Shown here: piece by piece, positions 15,895-27,752 of the stretch
How positions within the stretch are numbered: the first letter of the stretch is position 1
Layout of the letters: every line of letters starts with the position of its first letter
Source of the DNA: Azolla caroliniana
Taxonomy: Eukaryota; Plantae; Polypodiophyta
Assembly (NCBI GenBank): GCA_043228905.1
Contig: JBHGNT010000058.1
Location: 98,067 to 162,066 of the forward strand
Direction of reading: 5' to 3'
DNA: 64,000 nucleotides
Position numbers and translations under genes: made by a program
The notes under the pieces: generated by a model
Told to the model about the DNA's origin: nothing
Databases searched by the model: none
The model's input: only the letters and a program-made list of their open reading frames with translations

Positions 15895-15967
15895 TCCATT
15901 GTAGTCTAGTTGGTTAGGATACTCGGCTCTCACCCGAGAGACCCGGTTTCGACTCTCGGCAATGGAA
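15895..15967 (+). tRNA. tRNA-Glu(CTC)-like copy, probably a pseudogene (representative of ~65)
   Basis: Acceptor TCCATTG/CAATGGA, anticodon arm CTCGG-CTCTCAC-CCGAG intact. Three differences from the array consensus in the T arm, including G53>T. Confidence 0.75.
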
Positions 15968-18900
15968 ACGACAATATCATATATTGAATTTCCGACGGAT
16001 ATCATGTCTTAACTGTTTGATAACTCAAAAACTCAAGACCTAAACTAGCTGTTACAATAATATACAATTAACAAAATAATCAATATTATGTTTGAAGGAT
16101 TGAGGACGATCTTTAGTTTGATTTTTTTCTCCTAACATCAATTTCTAAACTTACTCCCATGATTCGATTAATGGTAGAGCTTTCAAATGAAATTGGACAA
16201 AACATTATGTTGTTGGAGACAACAAGAAGAAGTATATTTGGTTATGGTTATTCGTCAACATTGGTACGACAAATTAGTACACTAACAATTACAGTTGGCA
16301 TAACTCGATACAATTTCAAACAATACGCATAGAATAAAAAATAATGTTCAACTGTCGACAAGTATTGCACCATGTTTTTTTATTTGTAGCAAAGCACTAG
16401 AATAGTACATTGACTAATTTATTTTCTAAATGAATTACATTGTAATCAAATTGCCTCGAATCGTTAATTTCTACTCGAAACGTGCGGGGACAAGTATAGC
16501 CAACTATATCATGAGTTAATGTGGCATCGATAAAAACCCGTGAAATTAATAAATCTTAAAAACGAGAGTGTGTTAAAATAATCCTATGTTTCTTGTTGAT
16601 GCTTGTGCAATATATAAATATTATTTACTACTAATGAATGATTGCAATATTAAAAAGTGTACAAAATGTGATCCATTAATGTCTAGTTGGTTAGAATACT
16701 CGGCTCTCACCCAACAGACCCGTGTTCAACTCTTGGGAATAGAAAGGACGATAACTTATATACAAGTTTGCGACGATTGTCATGTGTTTGATAACTCAAA
16801 AACTGAAGACGTAAAGTATTTACAATAATGTACAATTAACAAAATAATCAATATTATGTTTGAAGTATTTATAAAGAACTTGGGTTTGATTTTTTTCTCC
16901 TCACATCAATTTCTAAACTTCATCCCAATATTCAATTAATAGTAGAGGTTTTTGATGAAATTTTACAAAACATTATGTTGTTCGTGACAAAAAGAAGCAG
17001 TATATTTACTTGGGGCTATTCCTCAACATCGTTACGACAAATTAGTACACCAAGCATTATAATTTCGATAACTTGATACAATTTCCAAAAATACGCATCC
17101 ATTGTCAAATAATGGTGTATTCTCGATGAGCAATGCACCATGTTTCTTTATTTGAAGCAAAGAACTAGAATATTACATTAACAAATTCATTTACTAAATG
17201 AATTCCATTGTAGTCTAGTTGGTTCACATCCTTGTTTTTTACACGAGACTCCGGGGTAGAACAATTGGCATGGGAAAACTAGATACATCATAGATCATGA
17301 GTTAATATAACATCGATAAAAACCCTTGAAATTATTAAATCTTAAAAACGAGAGTGTGTTAGAATAATCCTCAGTTTCTAGTTGATGCTTGCGCACTATA
17401 TAAATATTATTTATTACTAATCAATCATTGTAGTACACAAGATATGATCCATTGTAGTATAGTCGGTCGACGCAGATCTTGTGTTAACTATTTGATAACT
17501 CAAAAACTGAAGGCCTAAAGTAGATGTTATAATAATGTACAATTAACAAAATAATCAATATTATGTTTGAAGGATGGATGACGAGCTTTACTTTCATTTT
17601 TTCCTCCTAACATCAATTTCTAAACTTCATCCCATTATTCAATTAATAGTAGAGGTTTCAAATGAAATTTGACACAACATTATGTTGTTCGTGACAAGAA
17701 TAAGTAGTATATTTAGTCGTGGTTATTTTTCAACATGGTTACGACAAATTAGTACACAGACAATTATTGTTTGGATAACTGGATAGAATTTCAGTAAATA
17801 CGCATAGATTGTAGAAGAATGATGAACTCTCGATCAACATTGCACCATATTTTTTTATTTGAAACACAGCACTAGAATATTACATTAACTAATTCATTGA
17901 CTTATGAATTCCATTGTAGCCTGGTTGGCATTGGCAAAACTAAACACATCCTAGATCATGAGGTAATGTCGCATCGATAAAAACCCTTGAAATTATTAAA
18001 TCTTAAAAACGAGAGTGTGTTAGAATAATCCTTAGTTTCTCGTTGTTGCTTGCGCAATATATAAATATTATTTATTCCTAATCAATGATTGCAATATTAA
18101 AAAGTACACAAGATGTGATCCATTGTAGTCGAGTTGGTTAGGATACTCGGCCATCACCCAAGAGACCTGGGTCCAACCCCCGGCAATGAAAACGACGATA
18201 TCATATATTAATTTTCCGACTCATATCATGTGTTAACTGTTTGGTAGCCCAAGACCTAAAGTAGGTTTTACAAGAATCTACAATTAACAAAATAATTGAT
18301 ATTATGTTCGAAGGATTGATAATGAAATTTGCTTTGATTTTTGTCTCCTAACACCAATTTCTAAACTTAATCCCATTTTTGAATTAATAGTAGCGGTTTC
18401 AAATGAAATTCGACTAATCATTATGTTTTTCGTGATAGGAAGAATTAGTATATTTAGTTGTGGTTACTTCTCAACATTGTTACGAGAAATTAGTACACCA
18501 ATAATTATAGTATCGATAACTTGTTACAATTTCAAACAATACGCATAGATTGCAAAATAATGGTAAACTGTCGACAAGCATTGCACCATGTTTCTTTATT
18601 TGTAGGAAAGCACTAGAGTACTACATTAACTAATTCATTAACTCAATGAATTCCATTGTAATCAACCTACCTCAAATCATTGATTTTTACTCGAGATGTG
18701 CGGGTACAAGCACAGGCATATGAAAAACTAGATACATCATAGATTATGAATTATTTTGGCATTGATAAAAACTCGTGAAATTATTAAATCTTAAAAACCA
18801 GAGCGTGTTAGAATAATTCTTTGTTTTTCGTTGATGCTTGTGCAATATAGAAATAATATTTATTACTAATCAATGATTACAATACTAAAAAGTGCACAAG

Positions 18901-20835
18901 ATGTGATCCAATGTAGTGTAGCTGGTTAGGATACTCGGCTCTCACCCAAGAGACTCGGGTTTAATTCCCAGAAATGGAAATGACAATATCATATATTAAA
19001 CTTCCGACGCATATCATGTGTTAATTGTTTGATAACTTAGAAACTCAAGACCTAAACTAGGTGTTACAATAATGTACAATTAACAAAATAACGTTTGAAG
19101 GATTGATGATGAACTTTACTTTGATTTTTTTCTCCTAACATCAATTTGTAAACTTAATCCCATTATTCGATTAATTCTAGAGATTTCAAATGAAATTGGA
19201 CCAAACATTACGTTGTTCGGGACAACAAGAAGCAGTATATTTAGTTGTGGTTATTACTCAACATTGTTACGATAAATTAGTACACCAATAATTATAGGTT
19301 GGATAACTTGATACAATTTCGAACAATACATATACATTGCAAAATAATGGTCAACTGTCGAATAATGGTGAATTCTCGATGAGGATTGCACCATGTTTCT
19401 TTATTTGAAGTAAAGCACTAGAATATTATATTAGCTAATTCATTTACTAAATGAATTCCATTGTAGTCTAGTTGGTTCAGATCCATGATGTTTACACGAG
19501 ACTCCCGGGTACAGCAATTGGCATGGGAAAAACTAGATACAACATAGATCATGAGTTAATATTGCATCGATGGAAACCGTTGAAATTATTAAATATTAAA
19601 AACGAGAGTGTCTTAGAGTAATCCTGTGTTTCTCATTGATACTTACGGATTATATAAATATTATTTATTACTAATCAATGATTGCAATCTTGAAAAGTAC
19701 ACAAGGTATGATCCATTGTAGTCTAGTTGGTTAGGATACTAGGCTCTCACATGAGATAGCCGGGTTCAACTCCCAACAATGGAAACGACAATATCATATA
19801 TTAAATTTCCGACGCATATGATGTTTTAATTGTTTGATAACTCAAAAACTCAAGATTATGTTTGAAGGATTGATGACGATCTTTCCTCCATCAACATTCC
19901 AAAAATACGCATAGATTGTCGAATAATGGTGAATTCTCGATTAGAATTGCACCATGTTTCTTTATTTGAACGAAAGCACTTGAATATTACAATAACCAAT
20001 TCTTTTACTAAATGAATTCCATTGTAGTCTAGTTCGTTCAGATCCTTGTTTTTTACACAAGACTCCCGGGTACAACAATAGGCATTGGAAAAACTAGATA
20101 CATCATAGATGATGAGGTATTGTCGCATCGATAAAAACTGTTGAAATTATTAAATCTTAAAAACGAGAGTTTGTTAGAATAATCCTCAGTTTCTCGTTGA
20201 TGCTTGCGCAATATATAAATATTATTTATTACTAATCTATGATTGCAATATTAAAAACTACACAAGATATGATCCATTGTAGTCTAGTTGATTAGGATAC
20301 TCGGCTCTCACCCGAGAGACCTGGGCCGGGTTCAACTCCCGGCAATGGAAACGACAATATCATATATTGAATTTCCGATGGATATCATGTGTTAACTATT
20401 TGATAACTCAAAAAATAAAGACCTAAACTAGACAATTAACAAAATAATCAATATTATGTTTGAAGGATTGATGGCGAACTTTACTTTAATTTTTTTCTCC
20501 TAACATCAATTTCTAAACTTAATCCCATTATTCGATTAATGGTAGAGCTTTCAAATGAAATTGGACAAAACATTATGTTGTTCGAGACAACAAGAAGAAG
20601 TATATTTGGTTGTGGTTATTCGTCAACATTGGTACGACAAATTAGTACACCAACAATTACAGTTGGGATAACTCGATACAATTTCACACAATACGCATAG
20701 AATACAAAATAATGTTCAACTGTCGACAAGCATTGCACCATGTTTCTTTATTTGTAGCAAAGCACTAGAATAGTACATTAACTAATTCATTTACTCAATG
20801 TATTCCATTGTAATCAAGTTGCTTCGAATCGCTGA

Positions 20836-23325
20836 TTTTTTTTTTTCCAAAAAAAAAAACTACTACCATTAGTTATGCAATGTACAAAGGATAATTTACA
20901 ACTCATATCTTATAAGACATCTTGCATGTCGAAGGAAAAGAATATGTGTAGATGAAACAACAAAGAAAAAAAACTCCAAAGCACCACATCATTCGATGTG
21001 TATAGCATAACTCGAACACATATTCTCCACGTGAGCCTGATACAAGCAGAAGTTAGAATAGATGTCCTCCATTCGCTCCTCAAGGCAGCACCCATCTAGA
21101 TGTTAGGTACACTTGGAGGGAACAACCATCGTGGTGGTTGATAATTCCACTTCACTTTACCATCCATTAGATGTAGCATCGACGAACTCCATTTCAGCAA
21201 GAAACGAGCTCTCGCTTCTTCACTTGCGTCAGATGGCCCTTGAAGACTTTCAAACTCACCTCGCAACATAGAAATAAGATTGAACCAGATCATCATTAGA
21301 TTCTCTGCCGGCGGGGTTCGTTTACCTGTGAAGGTCTCCTTGCACCTAGATACCCACACTTGCCAGACCGTAAGGCCGACCACTAATACCTATATGTCCA
21401 CGCAACGTTCCTGTAAGAAGAATAAACCTCCTTGCGTTAGTTGCACAGATCCTTGTATCACCTTTAAAGAAGGATTGTTTCCATTCCACCCTTGAAACCA
21501 CGAGGCCGATTCAATGGCCAACCAAGTGATTGCTGCGCTCGATACATGAACCTCAACCCCGAACCGAGCCAAGTTTCTTAACCTCCTCAACCAATTTTCT
21601 TGCGCTCGAGGGCAACACTACAAACAATGAGCGATGTCCTCCAAGCTTGCACTACATGCCTTCCAACCACTCATGCCACCTCTATTCCCAAGCCACTCTC
21701 CCGTTGGAACAACCCGATGGGTGATTAACCAAAAAAACACTTTGATCCGCTCGGGAAGGGATGAGTTCCATATCCTGCTCCTAGTTCTATCCACGAAGGC
21801 TAACTTGATAGCTGCATAGGACCACTTGTTGGCACACTTCTCACGATACGAACCTAACTTTCTCCCCAACCGCGTCGAGTATTCGAAGAAACCTAATGAT
21901 TTATCTTGTTCTCCCTTCCACGTATATTCAACGGGATCCCATTCTACGAGCTCGAGAGGCTTGGCTTCAACCACGTACAAGATCCAATCCTCCTCAACCT
22001 CTTCGACTGGTGGATTCACCTTCCATTTCTTTCCGACTCTTGCCACAATTCTAATCGGGTACCAGCCTGCACTTTCATCTAATAATCCAATCTGGACGGT
22101 CTTCCCATTCTTTCCTAGACCCCTGACATTGATAATTTTTCCGGTATCATCACATTGTCCGGACCATTCACCCTCTTCCTCATTACCAATAGGAAGCGAG
22201 GAGAGAGCTGTATTGACTACGTCAAGCATCTTTCTGCCATTTCGGACCTTTCCCAAGTCTTCATATAGTTGATCACGATTATTGTCGGACAGCCGCATCC
22301 AATAAGCCACCAACTGTATCCCTAGACAATACAATGTAGCCCACGGTATGTGCTTGCTTTGTCCAAGCATCGTTCCTTCTGGCGATTGTACGATCTCGTT
22401 CCACAGTAGGGGTTGGCGCATCCATTTAACACTCGTACTTGGACGATTCTGACTTAGATGCCCACGGAGCATACTCCACGCCTGCATCCCTGACATACAA
22501 GTACGATCAGCCAACCGGTTAGATTTCCTCAACTTTAAGGCCATACAAAAAGGCCACACTTTGTGTGACTTCCAATGCCCACCCAGTCTTGGACTCCCGA
22601 CAATGCTCCTATTATGTATCAATGTTTTCCATAACTCGTTACCAGGTAGCAAGCTCCTTACCAATACCTTACATAACAATGCTTGACTCTGCAATCAAGG
22701 GTCAACCAATCCTAAACCCCCCTTACTCTTGGGAAGAACCAACGTAGACCATGATACTTTGGCTGCCGCGTTGTCTTTCCTCATCCCAGCCCAAAGGAAT
22801 CCCCTAATACACGCTTTAACATTACGAATAGCTTTCTTGTCAAACATCCACACTGAAACTGCATGCCATAATGTAGACAAGAACACATGGTTAGCTACTA
22901 TGATCCTGCCAGCCAATGATAAGTTCATCCCTGACCAGTTGCAAATTTTGTCACAGATTTTGCTTTGAATTTGTTGCAACTGAATTCCTTTGTCGATATC
23001 TACCCCAATCCACGTTCCCAGATACCGAGTGGCTTCCCCGTTTGCAATCCATTTGAATTCAACATTTGGCTTCCAAACAGGCTCGGACTCCAAGATGATC
23101 GAAAAACCCTTGGACTTCTTCCAATTGATGGACGCTACCAATACCTTGCAAAAGAGCTCAATAACACTCTGTGCGCTCTCAAGATTCGCTTCATTTTCTT
23201 GGAGGTATAGCATCGTATCGTCCGGGAACTCCGACTCCAGCAGGGACTTCCTTGAATTAGGGATCGAAAAACCATGAAGATTTGCCCCTTGACTGTTAAA
23301 AAGGCAGACATTGCTTCAGTAATAA
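20836..23325 (-). mobile_element. 5'-truncated L1-clade LINE
   Basis: Poly(A) tail appears as T11 at 20836-20846, merged with the satellite T5 tract. ORF2 remnant on the minus strand; truncated within RT; no TSD seen. Confidence 0.93.
21096..23325 (-). pseudogene. LINE ORF2 remnant (RT C-terminal half, thumb, zf-RVT-like region)
   Basis: Motifs EFPDDTMLYL (YADD-type), RYLGTWIG, LSLAGRIIVAN, VSWSTLVLPKSKGGLG and RIWNSSLPERIKVFFWLITH. Four ORF-track pieces lie in one frame separated by three in-frame stops. Confidence 0.92.
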
Positions 23326-26300
23326 ACTCGAAACGTGCGGGTACAAGTACAGGCATAGGAAAAACTAGATACATTATATGTCATGAGTTAATGTGGCATC
23401 GATAAAAACCCGTGAAATTATTAAATCTTAAAAATGTGAGTGTGTTAGAATAATCCTCTATTTCTTGTTGATGCTTGCGCAATATATAAATATAATTTAT
23501 TACTAATCAATTATTGCAATATTAAAGCGTGTACAAGATGTGATCTATTGAAGTCTATTTGGTTAGAATACTCGGTTCCTTGCTTTTTACCTGAGACGCC
23601 CGGGTACAACTAGATATATCAGATATCATGAGTTATTCAATCTTAAACGAGGTTTTTGATGAAATTTTACAAAACATTATGTTGTTCGTGACAAAAAGAA
23701 GCAGTATATTTACTTGGGGCTATTCCTCAACATCGTTACGACAAATTAGTACACCAATAATTATAGTTTCGATAAGTTGATACAATTTCGAAAAATACGC
23801 ATACATTGTCAAATAATGGTGTACTCTCGATGAGCAATGCACCATGTTTCTTTATTTGAAGCAAAGAACTAGAATATTACATTAACAAATTCATTTACTA
23901 AATGAATTCCATTGTAGTCTAGTTGGTTCACATCCTTGTTTTTTACATGAGACTCCCGGGTAGAACAATTGGCATTGGAAAAACTAGATACATCATAGAT
24001 CATGAGTTAATATCGCATCGAAAAAAACACTTGAAATTATTAAATCTTAAAAACGAGAGTGTGTTAGAATAATCATCAGTTTCTAGTTGATGTTTGCGCA
24101 CTATATAAATATTATTTATTACTAATCAATCATTGCAATATTAGAAAGTACACAAGATATGATCCATTGTAGTCTAGTCGGTCGACACAGATCTTATGTT
24201 AACTGTTTGATAACTCAAAAACTGAAGGCCTAAAGTAGATGCTATAATAATGTACAATTAACAAAATAATCAATATTATGTTTGAAGGATTGATGACGAG
24301 CTTTACTTTAATTTTTTTCTCCTAACATCAATTTCTAAACTTCATCCCATTATTCAATTAATAGTAGAGGTTTCAAATGAAATTTGACAAAACATTATGT
24401 TGTTCGTGACAAGAAGAAGCAGTATATTTAGTCGTGGTTATTATTCAACATGGTTACGACAAATTAGTACACAGACAATTATTGTTTGGATAACTGGATA
24501 GAATTTCCAAAAATATGCATAGATTGTAGAAGAATGATGAACTCTCGATCAACATTGGACCATATTTTTTTATTTGAAACAAAGCACTAGAATATTACAT
24601 TAACTAATTCATTGACTTATGAATTCCATTGTAGTCTGGTTGGCATTGGCAAAACTAAACACATCCTAGATCATGAGGTAATGTCGCATCGATAAAAACC
24701 CTTGAAATTATTAAATCTTAAAAACGAGAGTGTGTTAGAATAATCCTTAGTTTTTCGTTGATGCTTGCGCAAAATATAAATATTATTTATTTCTAATCAA
24801 TGATTGCAATATTAAAAAGCACACAATATGTGATCCATTGTAGTCTAGTTGGTTAGGATACTCCGGTCTCACCCGAGAGACCCGGATTCAACTCCCGGCA
24901 ATGGAAACGACAATGTCATATATTAAATTTCCGACGCATATCATCTGTTAACTGTTTGATAACTGAAAAACTCAAGACCTAAATTTCCGACTCCCGGATA
25001 CAACAAAAGGCATTGGAAAAACAAGATACATCATAGATCATTAGGTAATGTTGCATCGATAAAAACCCTTGAAATTATTTAATCTTAAAAACGAGAGTGT
25101 GTTAGAATAATCCTCAGTTGCTCGTTGATACTTGCGCCATATATAAATATTATTTATTACTAATGTAAATAATGTACAATTAACAAAATAATCATTATTA
25201 TGTTTGAAGGATTGATGATGAACTTTCCTTTCATTTTTTTCTCCTAACATCAATTTCTCCTCAACTTAATCCAATTATTTAATTAATAGTAGAGGTTTTA
25301 AATGAAATTTGACAAAAGATTATGTTGTTCGGGACCAGAAGAAGCAGTATATTTACTCGTGGTTATTTCTCAACATGGTTACGACAAATTAGTACACCGA
25401 CAATTATAGTTTGGATAACTTGATAGAATTTCCAAAAATACGAATAGTTTGTAGAATAATGGTGAACTCTCGAACAACATTGTAGCATATTTCTTTATTT
25501 GAAGCAAAGCACTAGAATATTACATTAACTAATTCATTTACTAAATGAATTCCATTGTAGTCTAGTTGGTTCGGATCCTTGTTTTTCACACGAGACTCCC
25601 GGGTATAACAATTAGCGGTAGATTTGTTTGTGGTTAGTCATCAACATTGTTACGATAAATTAGGACACCAACAATTATAGTTTGGATAACTTGATACAAT
25701 TTCAATCAATACGCATAGATTGCAAAATAATGGTCAACTATCTACAAGCATTGCACCATGTTTCTTTCTTTGTAGCACAACACTAGAATAGTACATTAAG
25801 TAGTTCATTTACTCAATAATGGTCAACCCGTGAAATGATTAAATCTTAAAAACGAGAGTGTGTTAGTATAATCCTCTGTTTCTCATTAATGCCTGCGCAA
25901 TATATAAATATTATTTATTTCTAAGCAATGATTGAAAAAGAACACTAACTGTGATCCATTGTAGTCTAGTTGCTTAGGATACTCGGCTCTCATCGGAGAG
26001 ACCCGTGTTCAATTCCCAGCAACGGAAACGACAATATCGTATATTAAATTTTCTACGCATATCATGTGTTAACTGTTTGATAACTCAAAAACTCAAGACC
26101 TAAAGTCGGTGTTACAATAATGTATAATTAACAAAATAATCAATATTATGTTTGAAGGACTGATAAAGAACTTTACTTTGATTTTTTCCTCCTAATATCA
26201 ATTTCTAAACTTAATCCCATTATTCAATTAATGGTAGAGGTTTCGAATGAAACTAGACCAAACATTAGGTTGTTCGGGACAACAGGAAGCAGTATATTTA

Positions 26301-27752
26301 GTTATGGTTATTCCTCAACATTGTTACGATAAATTAGTAGACCAACAATTATAGTTTGGATAACTTGATACAATTTCAAGCAATACGCATAGATTGCAAA
26401 ATAATGGTCAACGCTTGACAAGTTTTGCACCAGGTTTCTTTATTTGTAGCAAAGCACTAAAATAGTACATTAACTAATTTATTTACTAAATGAATTCCAT
26501 TGTAATCCAGTTGTCTCAAATTGTAGATTTTTACTCGAAACGTGCGGGGACAAGTACAGGCATAGGAAAAACTAGATAGATTATATATCATGAGTTAATG
26601 TGGCATCGATAAAAACGCGTGAAATTATTAAATCTTAAAAACGAGAGTTTGTTAGAATAATCCTCTGTTTCTTGTTGATGCTTGTGCAATATATAAATAT
26701 TATTTATTACTGATCAATGATTGCAATATTAAAAACTGTACAAGATGTAATCCATTAAAGTCTAGTTGGTCAGAATACTTGGCTCTCACGCGAGGTACCC
26801 GTGTTGAACTCTTGGCAATAGAAAGGATAACTCAAAAACTTAAGACGTAAAGTAGTTACAATAATGTACAATTACCAAAATAATCATTATTATGTTGGAA
26901 GGATTGATAAAGAACTTTGGTTTGAGTTTTTTCTCCGCACATCAATTTCTAAACTTAATACGAATATTCTATTAATAGTAGAGGTTTCTAATGAGCTTTG
27001 ACAAAAGATTATGTGGTTTGGGACAAGGAGAAGAAGTATATTTAGTCGTGGTTATTCCTTAACATTGTTACGACAAAGTAGTACACCAAGAATTATAGTT
27101 TGGATAATTTGATACAATTTCCAAAAATACGCATAGATTGTCGAATAATGGTGAATTCTCGATGACCATTGCACCATGTTTCTTGATTTGAAGTAAAGTA
27201 CTAAAATATTAGATTACCTAATTCATTTACTAAAAGAATTCCAGTGTAGTCTAGTTGGTTCGTATCCTTGTTTTTTACACGAGACTCCCGGGTACAACAA
27301 TTGGCATTGGAAAAACTAGCTACATCATAGATCATGAGTTAATATCACATCAATAAAAACCATTCAAATTATTAAATCCTAAAAACGAGAGTTTGTTAGA
27401 ATAGTGCTCAGTTTCTCGGTGACGCTTGCGCAACATATAAATATTATTTATTACGAATGAATGATTGCAATATTAAAAAGTACACAAGATATGATACATT
27501 ATAGTCTAGTTGGTTATGATACTCGGCTCTCACCCGAGAGACCCGGTTTCAACTCCCGGCAATGGAAACGAAAATAATACATTTTAAATTTCCGACGCAT
27601 ATGTTTTGTTAACTGTTTGATAATTGAAAAACTCAAGACCTAAAGTAGATGTTATAATAATGTACAATTAACGAAATAATCAATATTATGTGTGAAGGAT
27701 TGAGGACGAACTTTGCTTTGATATTTTTCTCCTAACATCAATTTTTCAACTT
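23326..27752 (+). repeat. tRNA-Glu-derived satellite, block 2
   Basis: Resumes in register after the LINE (ACTCGAAACGTGCGGGTACAAG); same motifs as block 1. Confidence 0.95.
24834..24906 (+). tRNA. tRNA-Glu(CTC)-like copy, probably a pseudogene
   Basis: Full-length 73 nt; lesions in the anticodon stem/loop (CTCCGGTCTCAC) and G53>A. Confidence 0.7.

Larger units (their letters stand above)
1..20840 (+). repeat. tRNA-Glu-derived tandem satellite, ~780-800 bp monomer, block 1
   Basis: Recurring motifs in fixed order (ATCATAGATCATGAG; AAATTATTAAATCTTAAAAACGAGAGTGTGTTAGAATAAT; TCCATTGTAGTCTAGTTGGTTAGGATACTCGG; ACAATAATGTACAATTAACAAAATAATCAATATTATG). tRNA-like starts at 15895, 16673 and 17448 give periods of 778 and 775 bp. 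Many monomers carry internal deletions. Confidence 0.97.

Noticed and set aside
1036-20128. Short ORFs (60-101 aa) within the satellite, some recurring, e.g. 1806/58777 and 15478/19856/57257
   Set aside because: They are chance open frames in repeated AT-rich DNA; recurrence reflects block duplication, and most monomers have stops.
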